Position numbers and translations under genes: made by a program
Shown here: positions 32,126-42,815 of the stretch, in pieces
How positions within the stretch are numbered: the first letter of the stretch is position 1
Layout of the letters: every line of letters starts with the position of its first letter
NCBI GenBank assembly: GCA_965214775.1
Contig: OZ243974.1
Coordinates: 2,016,001 to 2,080,000, forward strand
Reading direction: 5' to 3'
DNA from: Nitrosopumilus sp.
Lineage (GTDB): Archaea; Thermoproteota; Nitrososphaeria; Nitrososphaerales; Nitrosopumilaceae
Length of the DNA: 64,000 nucleotides
Notes under the pieces: generated by a model
Databases searched by the model: none
The model's input: only the letters and a program-made list of their open reading frames with translations
Told to the model about the DNA's origin: nothing

Positions 32126-32956
32126 CCTTCAACGGGGTCGGAATATATTTGAAGGTTTAACCTTGTAAAAACATCCAGGTTTGTGCGGCTGGAATCCACA
32201 GCTATGACAAACACCATACATCGCATTCTTACTATACCCAACATTTCAATCTGGCGTGAGCGGCACTTGCGCGGGCCTCTCTTCATGCGGAGCCGGGAGT
32301 TGCAACAAGGACAGAATGCCCCGTCCCACTAGTTTGTTGCATAACCCTGCCTAAAATTTGAAACTTTACTGAAAATCACCAGAATGATCAACTAATTCTG
32401 ACCGAAAAAGTAATGGATCATGAAGGTGCCTCGTATGGTATATGTTGACACACACGGATAATGCAAAGTACGTAGAGAGAGGGGCAGGCCTAGTCGTCAA
32501 GTACAACCCGGACTGGGAGAAGGATCTCAAGGCTGCCAACCGCCACAAGGAGGGCGCCCCGTTCCTGTACGCCGAAGGCATGATAATGGCCGCAGCCGCC
32601 CTCAGGATCGCGTTCATGATAAAATACAGGCAGCTGTCAGGCATGTTCGAGGAGATGCTAAAGGGTGCGGACTCGCCGTGTTACACCACGATATTCAGAA
32701 GGATGCAGAAGCTTGACGTCGACATTGCAGAGAACATAATTACGGTGCGCGACAAGTCCCGCAACCTGGTCATGATAGCTGACGCCACGGGCCTCAAGCA
32801 GCACAACCGGGGCGAGTGGATATGCAAGAAATGGAAGGTAAGGCGCGGATTTGTCAAGATGCACCTGATGGTCGATGCAGACACCAAGCAGGTGCTGGCA
32901 GTATCTGTCACAAGTGATGCAATCGGCGACAGCACGGAACTGCCTGCACTGCTTGA

Positions 32957-33131
32957 GGATGCAGTCAAGAACATCAAGAAGGAAGAGGAGCAGAACCGCA
33001 CCGACAGCGCGGATGCAGTCAAGAACATCAAGAAGGAAGAGGAGCAGAACCGCACCGACAGCGCGGATGCAGTCAAGAACATCAAGAAGGAAGAGGAGCA
33101 GAACCGCACCGACAGCGCGGATGCAGTCAAG
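32957..33131 (+). repeat. 3 x 54-bp in-frame repeat (DAVKNIKKEEEQNRTDSA)
   Basis: Direct reading. Confidence 0.93.
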
Positions 33132-33449
33132 ATCCCCAACATGCTTGCAGACGGGACATCGCCGCTGGCTGTACTCGGCACCGGCGCGAATCCAGATATA
33201 CCGGGAAAGATCCTGCTTGCAGACGGCGCATACGGCTCAAGGAAAAACGTAGCCGAGTGTCACAAACGCGGCATAAAACCGCTCATACGGCTTTTGACAA
33301 GTTGCAATGCAAAGGGCAAGGGCACCGGCGACAAGTGGGGCATGCTTGTACGGTGGCAGCTTGGGGGCGGCCCCGAGGTGCCTGTGGGTGATCTCTCAAA
33401 GGAGGAAAGACAGGAGAACCTGCGGTACTGGGAGAGCACGGTCGGCTTT

Positions 33450-34703
33450 GTAAGGGTTTACCCCATCCCGAAGATACGACGTAAATAGGCATGATCGTGA
33501 GAGCCCTGATTGACAGCATCGCCTGAGAGGTGATCCGAAATTAGAAATCGAGTGCCCCGTCCGCAGCCGTTCTGCTGCCGCCACTCAGGCCGCAGCAGCG
33601 ATTCTGGCCAACGCCCTATCGTTGACCAGTCCGCACACGATACTGTTGGCAAGGTCGTACTTTTTGAGTGGGTTTCGGTACCGGTCGCCCATGATCCTGT
33701 ATGTTTTGACCCTGCGTATGGTGTTCTCCACGTACACGCGTATCTTTGAGTGCGTGATATTGTACTCTTTTTCCGCATCAGTGAGCTTGCCGCCCGGTTT
33801 TTTCTTGATTGGGAGTATGACGTCCGTGCCTGCATCCACTGACTGTGCTCCCTGGTATCCGCGGTCCATGTAGTGACGCAGCTTTGTGCTCTTTTGTTGT
33901 TGTTGCGGCGCATCACCATCCCCGCCGCCGCCGGGACACTTTTTCTCTTTCTCTTTCTCCTTTCTTTGGTCGTACCGGAACGTGGGATGCCTCATCTGGT
34001 ACATTGTGATGTCGTTTACGCGTCCCGGAGAGTGGGGCGTCTTGTGCACTATGAGTCCGTGAATGTTGGTGGTATACTGGACCTTGACTGTGTGCGTGCC
34101 TGCCTTGCCTGAATAGTGCGATCTCTCCATGTCCTTTCTCTTGGGCCTGCATATCTTTTGCTCTGAGGCATCTGTCAGGCAGACAAGTTCTGGAAGTACG
34201 TCCATTAGCTCCTCTACTGAGGATATTCTCTTGGTGCCCGAATAGATCTTTTCGGGGATCGACAGGCACTGCTTGAGAACCGGCGCAATCCTGTCAATTG
34301 TGCGCGAGACTGATGCCTGTCCAATGCCGAACATGGCAGATGCCACGTCCTGCGTGACGTACGTCCTGTAGTAGAACAGGGACAGCAGAAGACTCTCCTT
34401 TAGGTTCAGGGCAGTCGGGCGTCCTGCACCGATGTCACGCTTGCGGTCTTTTTTGGCAGAAAGCAGCCTCTTTCTGTCCATCTTTGGGTGTTTTTTTGCC
34501 ACCTTTGCATACAACAAATCAAATTCGGGGGCAGTCATGCCGGCAAACATCCTGAATGTCCGGGGGTTTTTTGATAATTTATCAAACAACTTCATGAATT
34601 ATGTACCTTTTGCCTGCATTTGGATCGGGTTGGTGTACAATATGTGCCCATTTGATCAAAATTTGCTAATTTCGAATCAACTCTCTGAGGGGTAAACTCA
34701 TAC
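33450..34703. mobile_element. IS66 family-1 MITE expanded by an internal IS
   Basis: GTAAGGGTTTACCCC / GGGGTAAACTCATAC; 9-bp TSD GTCGGCTTT. Confidence 0.9.
33526..34684 (-). mobile_element. IS5-like (DDE_Tnp_4 + HTH) element, transposase 33585-34595
   Basis: TIR AGAG.TGAT.CGAAATTAG; 3-bp TSD CTG; DASE, YSGK, DRGYQG, RVYVE. Confidence 0.88.
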
Positions 34704-34979
34704 GTCGGCTTTGGCAGCAGATGGATCGTCGAGATCGTGATATCGGCCATAAAGCGTATGTTCGGCGAATGCGTAATGGCCCTCAAGTGGTCCAATATAG
34801 TGCAGGAGGTAAAGCTGAGGATATGGCTGTATAACAAGTGGATAGCAGAGGCGGTGGCTGCCGTGTAGGAACTTGGAGCCGGTTGTGATCCGGGTGGACT
34901 GACTTGGCTCTAGTCGGAGTTATGCAACAGGCTAGCGACTTGACAACCTTTTTAAATAAAATAACTTTACAACAAACAA

Positions 34980-35927
34980 ATGTCGCTACTTCTCAAGGAT
35001 CGAGTATGGTCTATGGAAGCACCAACGGCAAAACGTGGCGTCTACCCATTGCACGGGTTCAAGCTGGGGCTTTACAGGCTGCCAGTCAAGTTTGAGGATC
35101 CCAATGAGATCAAGTCCGTTCATGACGGCCTGAAAAAGGCCTTTGAGATGGACATGTATGCAGACAGGATCTTTGCAACATACAGGTGGACTGAGCAAAA
35201 CATGGATGATCCTGACGCAAAGGGATATCAAAAAGTCGAGCTGTCTGTAACAGTCGAAATTGTTACAGGAGAAGTCGTGGATATCATCTATCAAATATTT
35301 CCGATTGAAAAATTTGGCGATCCAAACTGGGTCAAAGACTACAGAAAAAAGGCAGACCATTTTGCAAAAATGATCATTGACACTATCTTACGAAACACTA
35401 TTCTGGCTGACAAGATGGTTTCTTATCTTGTAAAATCAGAAAAAATTTCCGAGGTTGCGGCAATTCAAAAATTAGAGGAATTGACTCCTCTTGCAAAGAT
35501 TGTACTTGGCGCCAAAGTCAAGCCGGTCGAGGCTGCCGAAGACGAGGACGAAGAGGACGAAGGCGAGATTGAAGTCCCGGATGGCGCAAAACCGGGCCCA
35601 ATCGACGTTGAATACAAATCAAAGATGAAGCCTTCTGCATCATATGACGCTCCTGAGCACACCATAAAAACATGGGGCAGAAAAGGAACCGGTAACGGCA
35701 TCATGGGCGTCTGGGGGGAATTTGTTTCCGTTGACTACGATATCTGTGTGGCTGACGGCGGCTGTATTGAGGCATGTCCTGTTGCTGTCTATGAATGGTT
35801 TGACACTCCGGGAAATCCTGCCTCGGAGAAAAAACCCCTGATGTCAAAGGAACCGGACTGTATCTTTTGTCTGGCTTGTGAAGGCGTATGCCCTCCTCAG
35901 GCAATCAAGATCTTTGAGCAAAAATAA
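34980..35927 (+). CDS. 4Fe-4S dicluster (zinc-ferredoxin-like) domain protein with N-terminal extension
   Basis: CVADGGCIEACP and CIFCLACEGVCP motifs. Confidence 0.88.
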   Translation: MSLLLKDRVWSMEAPTAKRGVYPLHGFKLGLYRLPVKFEDPNEIKSVHDGLKKAFEMDMYADRIFATYRWTEQNMDDPDAKGYQKVELSVTVEIVTGEVVDIIYQIFPIEKFGDPNWVKDYRKKADHFAKMIIDTILRNTILADKMVSYLVKSEKISEVAAIQKLEELTPLAKIVLGAKVKPVEAAEDEDEEDEGEIEVPDGAKPGPIDVEYKSKMKPSASYDAPEHTIKTWGRKGTGNGIMGVWGEFVSVDYDICVADGGCIEACPVAVYEWFDTPGNPASEKKPLMSKEPDCIFCLACEGVCPPQAIKIFEQK

Positions 35928-35978
35928 AAGTTTCTCGCAAGTATAAATAGCGAATATCAGTTCTTCAAAACTAGGGAT

Positions 35979-38042
35979 ATGGCAGCCAACCCTTTCATAC
36001 ACTTTGTATTTGATCTGTTTATTATATCTGCAATTATAATTACAGCTTATACCTGCAATTTCTACTATCTTGCATATCTTTCAAGAAAAAGAAAAGACAT
36101 CCAGTCCACCACCGATTTGGGAACTCCGTCTGTAACCATCCAACTGCCAATTTACAATGAAAAATATGTTGCAAAGCGACTGGTCGATGCCGTTTGTGAT
36201 CTGGATTACCCAAAAGACAAAATGCGCATTATGTTGTTGGATGATTCTGATGACGACACTGTGGAATTACTGGGAGATGCAGTTGACGATTACAAGAAAA
36301 AGGGATTTCAAATCGAACACATACGTAGAGGAACAAGAAAAGGGTACAAGGCAGGCGCCCTGAAACATGCGATGAGGACCACCGATACGGAACTTGTAGC
36401 AATCTTTGACGCTGATTTCATTCCTCCAAAGTGGTTTCTAAAAAGAGCCATTCCGAGTTTCTCCAAACCCAGTATCGGTCTTGTCCAATGCAGATGGGGT
36501 CATGTCAATGAAAACTATTCTGCAATTACCCAGGCCCAGGCCCTTAGCTTGGACTTTCATTTTCTAATTGAACAAAAGGCAAAGAGCAACTCTCATTTGT
36601 TTATGAATTTTAACGGCACGGCCGGAATTTGGAGGCGTGACTGTATCGAGGATGCCGGTGGATGGCACATTGCAACTCTGGTTGAGGATCTTGATCTTAG
36701 TTACCGTGCACAAATGAAGGGCTGGAAATGTGTCTTCCTGCCTGATATTGTTGTTGATGCAGAACTGCCTGTGCAAATGAATGCGGCAAAAAGACAACAG
36801 TTCCGCTGGGCAAAGGGTTCCATCCAGTGCGCGTTAAAACTACTGTCTGATATTGTTGTAAAGCGCAAGGTTGCAATCGAGGCAAAGATTCAGGCCTTTA
36901 TTCAACTGACTCGTCACGTTGTTTATCCTTTGATGCTGATACAATTTCTGGCATTGCCGATTTTGTTGGCAGGCCAGGTCAACCTGTATCTAGTCAGCTT
37001 TCTTCCGGCATTGACCATTGCGGCATATCTTGCCATAGGTCCTGGCGCATACATCATGATCATTCAAAGCATGTATGACAAGTCGTGGAAATCCAAGGCA
37101 AAGATTCTTCCTACCTTGCTTGTTTACAACGCCGGAATGTCTGTAAACAATACCGTTGCAGTATTTGATGCAGTATTTGGAAAGAGAAACGAATTTCTGC
37201 GGACTCCAAAATATGGCGTCTTGAAGAAAAGGGACGACTGGAAAGACAATGCATACAATTTGCCGTTTTCACAGGTAACCCTGCTGGAACTGTTCTTTGG
37301 CATCTATGGAATTCTGGGAATCTTTGTTGCGATATTCTCCAACAATCCCGTATTTGTACCAATTATCGCCCTTCAGGCAATTGGATTCTTTTACATTGCC
37401 TATCTCAGCCTCTCTCATACAAGGTTTAAAAGAAATAAATCAAGCGCCCCCCGTCTGATTACCAAGAAAGAGAAAATGGCAAACACCGTCTACAAGCTAT
37501 CTGTGGTAGGAATATTTGCAATTATCGTATTTGGCGTAGGCATGGCTTTACACGGGTATGATGTGGACATCTACCCTCTGGATAGAATCCGAGGCAATCT
37601 GGATGGAATTATAGGCTCATCTGATCCTGCAATCATTGCTGCCCATCTGGCATATGTCCAGACTGACATGGACGCCATTCTTGAAAAGCTTCCAGAGACA
37701 ACCAATGCCAGAGGAGAGCCATCCAAAAACCCCGTTTGGATATTCCCAATTGAAACTACGAACTTTATACGAATTCAACAAGACGTGAATACTATGGCAG
37801 CAAGTGTTGAGCAGATTTCTACGGTTCCTAAAGACAGCTCTGCATATCATACCGGAATGATGGATATTAGCGATAGGGCCCTTTTGATCAAAACTAACAT
37901 AATGGATGCAACTCCGTACATGTATGTCAGTGTTGGAAATATTCTGTTTAGTGTGGTTTGGATTGCTGCAATCATTGGCATATTTGCAGCTTTGAAGAGA
38001 AAAAGAGAGCAACTCAAAGAAACAGACGAGTCTGGCGTTTAA
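35979..38042 (+). CDS. Membrane glycosyltransferase family 2 (cellulose-synthase-like)
   Basis: PIYNE, KAG, DAD, VED, QQFRW motifs; multiple TM helices. Confidence 0.93.
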   Translation: MAANPFIHFVFDLFIISAIIITAYTCNFYYLAYLSRKRKDIQSTTDLGTPSVTIQLPIYNEKYVAKRLVDAVCDLDYPKDKMRIMLLDDSDDDTVELLGDAVDDYKKKGFQIEHIRRGTRKGYKAGALKHAMRTTDTELVAIFDADFIPPKWFLKRAIPSFSKPSIGLVQCRWGHVNENYSAITQAQALSLDFHFLIEQKAKSNSHLFMNFNGTAGIWRRDCIEDAGGWHIATLVEDLDLSYRAQMKGWKCVFLPDIVVDAELPVQMNAAKRQQFRWAKGSIQCALKLLSDIVVKRKVAIEAKIQAFIQLTRHVVYPLMLIQFLALPILLAGQVNLYLVSFLPALTIAAYLAIGPGAYIMIIQSMYDKSWKSKAKILPTLLVYNAGMSVNNTVAVFDAVFGKRNEFLRTPKYGVLKKRDDWKDNAYNLPFSQVTLLELFFGIYGILGIFVAIFSNNPVFVPIIALQAIGFFYIAYLSLSHTRFKRNKSSAPRLITKKEKMANTVYKLSVVGIFAIIVFGVGMALHGYDVDIYPLDRIRGNLDGIIGSSDPAIIAAHLAYVQTDMDAILEKLPETTNARGEPSKNPVWIFPIETTNFIRIQQDVNTMAASVEQISTVPKDSSAYHTGMMDISDRALLIKTNIMDATPYMYVSVGNILFSVVWIAAIIGIFAALKRKREQLKETDESGV

Positions 38043-39634
38043 GAGATGTTCAAATCCTCTCTAATCTCATCCACAGCCCTGATGCCGTAAATGTCTCTTA
38101 TTTGTTGAATTCTTACAGATTCTCTTAGCATGTCCCTTCCAATCGTATTTGATAAAATCGAATAAACGTCGCTAAACCTGATCTCCCACCTGTCTGCACA
38201 ATCAAAAATCTTGCCCACTGCCCATTGTCTGACTTCGTGTGGCAGTGGAATCTTCTCGCCGGCATCTTGCGAAACTTTGTCAAACAGTTTGACGATTTCC
38301 AAGGTCTGCCTTCCCATTTTTTCCAAATCCTTGACTTCCCCGTATTTTGATTCGGCATTCATTCTGATGACTGACTGGTATTCTGACAGTTTCAACAGTG
38401 CCATCATCTCTTTTGAAGAATTACTTGAAGCCTTGCCAGTCGCATTTTTGACAGACTGAATTTCTTCAAACAATCTGTCTGACTTTCTACTGGATTCTGC
38501 GGCTGATTCGCCTTGTTTTTTGAGGGTCTCAGAGACCGTGGATATTTTTTGTTCGATGCTGTTTGTCTTGTCAAAAACATTTTTCTTGAAATCGCCGAAA
38601 TCTGCCTGGACTGATTTTAGACCTTCGCCAACAAAAGCTGTGGAATCTGCCCTGTGTGATAGGGAACTGATCTCAGTCTCGATTTTGTCGATCTTTCCTG
38701 CCAGTTCTCTCATTGATTGGAGGCCAGAGACGTCTACGGAATTGGCTTTATCTGAAATTGTTTCAAATTGCTGTCTTAGACCGTCTATGACTCCACCAAG
38801 AGAATCTATCTTTGCTGCTTTGGAAGAAATTGCATCGATGGTAGCCTTGATTGCCTCTAATTCTGAACTCAAATTAGATGATGAGGAAACACCTTCGGTA
38901 ATTTTGCCAAACTCTTGTCTGAGACTTTCCACAATTTGGGCCCCTGATTCCAACTGGGACGTTTTTCCAGAAACTTCCTCTATTGATTTTCTTAGATTTT
39001 CAATGTCTTCCCCAAGTCCGACAAACGAATCCGTTTTTCCGGAAACCTTTCTAAGATCGTCTCTTACTTCGTCAATTCTTTGTGCAATTTTGATAATCAT
39101 TTGGGAATTGTTTTTGATGGCGTTCATGCTGTCTTCTACCTGCTGAGCTAGTTCTTGTGATTTTGATGATTTTTGTAATTCTGAAACCCTGTTAATCTCG
39201 TCTTGCAATTTGGCAGTCTGATCATTGATTTTCGTTACCAGATTTGACTGCGTTCTGACTTGGTTTAGACCTGCATACAATTTTTGCGTGTCTTCTTCAA
39301 TAATGTTGATCTGTTTGGACTGTTTTTGAATGTGTTCTAGTGTGGATGTCAGGGTGTCAATCATTCCTTTCATTGAAACTAGAACCTTCTGGTTTTCGCC
39401 AAATATTTTTGACATTACTTTGATCTCTTTTTGGAGAATCTTGTTTGAATCTGAAACCGCTGCAACCTTCTTTAGCACTGCAAAGGGAGTCGGTTCTCTC
39501 TTGGATGCCGTCTTGGATGCCGTCTTGGATGCCGTCTTGGATGCCGTCTTGGATGCCGTCTTGGATGCCGTCTTGGATGCCGTCTTGGATGCCGTCTTGG
39601 ATGTGGCCTTTGTAGCTTTTTTCCTTGCAGCCAT
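38039..39634 (-). CDS. Long coiled-coil protein with N-terminal (TASK)8 repeat
   Basis: 531-aa heptad-rich ORF. Confidence 0.85.
   Translation of the reverse strand: MAARKKATKATSKTASKTASKTASKTASKTASKTASKTASKTASKREPTPFAVLKKVAAVSDSNKILQKEIKVMSKIFGENQKVLVSMKGMIDTLTSTLEHIQKQSKQINIIEEDTQKLYAGLNQVRTQSNLVTKINDQTAKLQDEINRVSELQKSSKSQELAQQVEDSMNAIKNNSQMIIKIAQRIDEVRDDLRKVSGKTDSFVGLGEDIENLRKSIEEVSGKTSQLESGAQIVESLRQEFGKITEGVSSSSNLSSELEAIKATIDAISSKAAKIDSLGGVIDGLRQQFETISDKANSVDVSGLQSMRELAGKIDKIETEISSLSHRADSTAFVGEGLKSVQADFGDFKKNVFDKTNSIEQKISTVSETLKKQGESAAESSRKSDRLFEEIQSVKNATGKASSNSSKEMMALLKLSEYQSVIRMNAESKYGEVKDLEKMGRQTLEIVKLFDKVSQDAGEKIPLPHEVRQWAVGKIFDCADRWEIRFSDVYSILSNTIGRDMLRESVRIQQIRDIYGIRAVDEIREDLNIS
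39499..39603. repeat. 12-bp tandem repeat (TTGGATGCCGTC) x8+
   Basis: Direct reading, perfect copies. Confidence 0.96.
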
Positions 39635-39693
39635 GAAATAAATTGAAAATTTGATGATAAAAAAGTTAGGTCTAAAATAAAAAATGTAAAGAG

Positions 39694-39801
39694 CTACTTG
39701 TTTACGACTTTTGGTTCGTGCAGCAGTTCATGGAAGGTCTTTTCGGCCAATCCGTTTGGGGTTTCTATGAAGCCCTTTGGACAGTATTCGCATTGAATCA
39801 T
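39694..39801 (-). CDS. 35-aa C2H2-type zinc-binding microprotein (below ORF-track cutoff)
   Basis: MIQCEYCPKGFIETPNGLAEKTFHELLHEPKVVNK*; AT-rich TATA-like sequence ~25 nt upstream. Confidence 0.65.
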   Translation of the reverse strand: MIQCEYCPKGFIETPNGLAEKTFHELLHEPKVVNK

Positions 39802-40057
39802 ATAGTACGGTACGGTACGGTACCATTAATAACCAGGTAATTGCAGTGTAACCAATTTTGCAGTCAGATACCCCAGGTCATGTCTCCACATAGAATTCAG
39901 CTGACCTAATCATCACCCTGCAATGATGTGGTTGTGAAAAATACGCATATAGACTGTTCCTCTTTTTTGAGCCTGAAAAATTTCGAAAAACTTCTAAAAA
40001 ATATTTTTGAGATTCCAAATCAGAAATCGTTTTTAAACAAATTTGATAAAACATAGC

Positions 40058-41389
40058 ATGCAAAACAGGCTGCTGCAAATTGACTCAAGCGGAATTCAGA
40101 GTTCGCTGAATAATACGGTCAGCAGTCTCATTGAACAAATTACCCCTGAATTGCCCCATACCAGTTTTGTTACAGATCTAGCTTTCATTATGATAATTGG
40201 CGCCGTTGTTACTTTGGCATTCTTTAAAATCAAGCAGCCCCTGATCATCGGGTATCTTTTTGCCGGAATGCTGATTGGTCCCCTGTCTCCCTTTTGGTCA
40301 TGGGTCTTGCCAGAGGGCGGTCCTCCCAGCGATGTTCTGGAAGGCGTAGGAATACTGTCCGATATTTCTGCATTGAATCTTTTTGCCGAGATTGGCGTCA
40401 TCTTGCTCCTCTTTGTAATCGGCATAGAATTTCCCTATGCTAAAATTCGGAGCATTGGAAGAGTCGCAGTCGGTGTAGGCACTATTGGCCTGTTCTCCAC
40501 ACTGGGAGCTGTCTTTTACACTGCAACTGCACTTGGAATGCAGTTTATGGATGCGTTGTTTATTGCAGCAGCACTTTCTATCTCTAGTACTGCAATAATA
40601 GTAAAGATTCTTGAGGAGATGGGAAGAATAAAGAAGGAATCCTCGATTCTTGTTCTGGGCATTCTTATTGTAGAAGACGTCATTGCAGTCATCCTGATTT
40701 CGTCTCTGCAATCTGTTGCGCTAGTTGGAACCGTGTCTGTGGAATCCGTCCTCATTGTAGTGCTAGTTGCAACAGGGTTGATCGTTGGAACATTTACGGT
40801 TGGAAAAAGGGTAATTCCTCCCTTGATAGACAAGGTTGCAGCCGCAGAACATCGTGAAATTTTATTACTCAGCGTATTGGGCGTCTGCTTTGGTTATGCG
40901 TTGTTTGCCAACATTGTCGGACTGTCTGTCGCAATCGGCGCCTTCCTGGCAGGTGTGTTGGTTGCCGAATCAAAGTCAGCTGAAGTTGCAAAGTTACTTT
41001 CAAGCCCAATCAAGGACATGTTTGTGGCGATCTTCTTTATCTCTGTAGGGGCACTGATGGATGTCTCGCAGTTGGAGAATTACATCTTTGTTGCCATTGC
41101 GCTAATTGCAGTTGCGACAGGAATGAAATTTGGCGGAAATATGATTGGCAATGTTCTGTTTAGACAAAAACGCGGAAAATCAATGCGTTCTGCGTTCACT
41201 TTGGCTTCCCCCCGCGGTGAATTCTCTATTGTTATTGTAAAGGCAGGAGTTGACATTGGTGCAGTGAGCGCCTTCTTGTTCCCGCTGGTTGGCATCATTT
41301 CAATTATCACCGCATTTCTGTCTCCCTTTTTGGTAAAGGCAGGAGATAAAATAATCCCGGCATTTGAGGAAAAAGAAGATGTCCGATGA
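40058..41389 (+). CDS. Cation:proton antiporter (CPA2/KefB family)
   Basis: GVILLLFVIGIE, SISSTAI, ILIVED, GAFLAG, RGEFS. Confidence 0.93.
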   Translation: MQNRLLQIDSSGIQSSLNNTVSSLIEQITPELPHTSFVTDLAFIMIIGAVVTLAFFKIKQPLIIGYLFAGMLIGPLSPFWSWVLPEGGPPSDVLEGVGILSDISALNLFAEIGVILLLFVIGIEFPYAKIRSIGRVAVGVGTIGLFSTLGAVFYTATALGMQFMDALFIAAALSISSTAIIVKILEEMGRIKKESSILVLGILIVEDVIAVILISSLQSVALVGTVSVESVLIVVLVATGLIVGTFTVGKRVIPPLIDKVAAAEHREILLLSVLGVCFGYALFANIVGLSVAIGAFLAGVLVAESKSAEVAKLLSSPIKDMFVAIFFISVGALMDVSQLENYIFVAIALIAVATGMKFGGNMIGNVLFRQKRGKSMRSAFTLASPRGEFSIVIVKAGVDIGAVSAFLFPLVGIISIITAFLSPFLVKAGDKIIPAFEEKEDVR

Positions 41390-41810
41390 GCTGGACAGAT
41401 TCCTTGGACAGGTTCATGACGGGATAACAACTTTTGATTTTGATGGAAAAGAGACTCCGTGTATTGTAATTGAGGATAAAAAATATGATGAAATGCTTGC
41501 AAAAGTTGCGGGACAAACCTTCTCTGTTAGTACAGATCTGAACATTCTTCAAGACGGCCTGGGAAATGTCTTTGTGGAAATCGTCTTGACATTTTCAAAG
41601 GGAAACATTGTTGAAAAATTCCTTGTCAATGCAAAAACAGACTTGAAATTTTTTGAATGCCTAGCTCAGACAACCATGCTGGCACTGTCCTCTCCAAAGT
41701 CAAATTATGGAAAAGACAATGTGTTTATGGTTCAGCTGCCAAGGCCTGAAAAAGCCCAAGACGCCCTTGAGATAATCCGAACTGGACTGATTCCCAAGAA
41801 TCAAAAATAG
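41379..41810 (+). CDS. Hypothetical protein
   Basis: ATG at 41379, overlaps antiporter stop. Confidence 0.75.
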   Translation: MSDELDRFLGQVHDGITTFDFDGKETPCIVIEDKKYDEMLAKVAGQTFSVSTDLNILQDGLGNVFVEIVLTFSKGNIVEKFLVNAKTDLKFFECLAQTTMLALSSPKSNYGKDNVFMVQLPRPEKAQDALEIIRTGLIPKNQK

Positions 41811-41887
41811 TGGTGCAGTTACCGGGATTTGAACCCGGGTCACGAACTTGGCAAGCTCGAATATTAACCAAACTATACTATAACTGC
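41811..41887 (-). tRNA. tRNA-Gly(GCC)
   Basis: Cloverleaf GCAGTTA/TAACTGC acceptor, anticodon loop TTGCCAA, GGTTCAAATCC T-arm, encoded CCA. Confidence 0.95.
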
Positions 41888-41950
41888 AACAATCCTAGAG
41901 GATGAATTTGGATATTAAACTGTTTTTAACTATTTGACACAATACAAAAC

Positions 41951-42214
41951 ATGGATGAAAAACTCTTCAAGAAGATAGAGCAAAAGATTCAGGACATGGC
42001 CTCAGACAAGGTACATTTGCAAAACCTCTCCGGTCTGATTTCGTCAACTGATGACTCCCGCTCGTTTGTGTTTGGAATTGTTGTTGGGCGCCTGTACAAT
42101 TCATTTTTCTATCAGTCAAAGAGAATTCTTAATCGAGAACCTAACGAACAAGAAATTCAGGAATTCTTAAGGTTTGTAGAATCTAAAAAATCAGCGTTGG
42201 AAAGTCTAAGGTGA
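41951..42214 (+). CDS. Hypothetical protein
   Basis: 87-aa ATG ORF, host-like composition. Confidence 0.7.
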   Translation: MDEKLFKKIEQKIQDMASDKVHLQNLSGLISSTDDSRSFVFGIVVGRLYNSFFYQSKRILNREPNEQEIQEFLRFVESKKSALESLR

Positions 42215-42715
42215 CGGCTTGTTCCATTTGATGACTTTGATTTTTGGTGTTCCTGGCATTTTTACACATGCCCCTTTGAGCGCTTTTTTAGCTGCCTCCA
42301 AGTGATCTTGGCCATTGACGTATAATTCCATAATGCATTGACCCTGAACAATTCTTGCCCCCAAGCTGACAGCCTTGCCCCATGATCTTCTCATCCCTTC
42401 TGAAATCCTGTCTGCACCTGCAGTTGCAATCTGCTTGTTTTCTCTAAGCAGATTGTGCGGATATACCCTTAATCTGGAATAATAGCCTGATTCGCCTGTA
42501 GTCTTTTCTAATGTCTTGTTTGCAGCCAGTCTTGTCGATTCAATTGCCATGTGCCTGATCTGGATCTTTTCATTGAGACACAACTGAACACAGTACTCAT
42601 AGGTGTCTCTTTTTCCTCCTTGGAATTTTGCAATCTTGATGTTTGGTTTGCCCTTGATGTACTCTTTTCTGGTAAACACTTGTCCGTTGCCTTCCCTGTA
42701 ATTGGCACCATGCAT
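42206..42715 (-). CDS. rpl10e: 50S ribosomal protein L10e (uL16)
   Basis: RVYPH.LRENK, GADRISEGMR.SWGK. Confidence 0.96.
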   Translation of the reverse strand: MHGANYREGNGQVFTRKEYIKGKPNIKIAKFQGGKRDTYEYCVQLCLNEKIQIRHMAIESTRLAANKTLEKTTGESGYYSRLRVYPHNLLRENKQIATAGADRISEGMRRSWGKAVSLGARIVQGQCIMELYVNGQDHLEAAKKALKGACVKMPGTPKIKVIKWNKPSP

Positions 42716-42815
42716 GATATCCACAAACCAAAATGCCCATATTTTAACGGTTAGTCATGTATCGCATTCGTATTTTCCAATGCTTATATGGAAATCCCTT
42801 GGTTTTCACTTCAGA

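Larger units (their letters stand above)
32330..34934 (+). mobile_element. IS5-family (IS903-like) element, transposase split at 33449/34713
   Basis: TIR TAG..TGTTGCATAAC; ADATG, ADGAY, RWIVE; near-identical to 56670-58083. Confidence 0.9.

Noticed and set aside
32957-33131. Regular repeats (also 17283, 39499, 55343, 57306) as possible CRISPR arrays
   Set aside because: Head-to-tail with no unique spacers, in frame within ORFs, and no cas genes in the window.
33450-34703. A novel IS with IS66 ends and an IS5-type transposase
   Set aside because: Explained by nesting: the inner element has its own TIRs and CTG duplication.
41811-41887. tRNA-Gly as an integration site
   Set aside because: No integrase and no duplicated tRNA 3' end seen; flanks are host-like genes.
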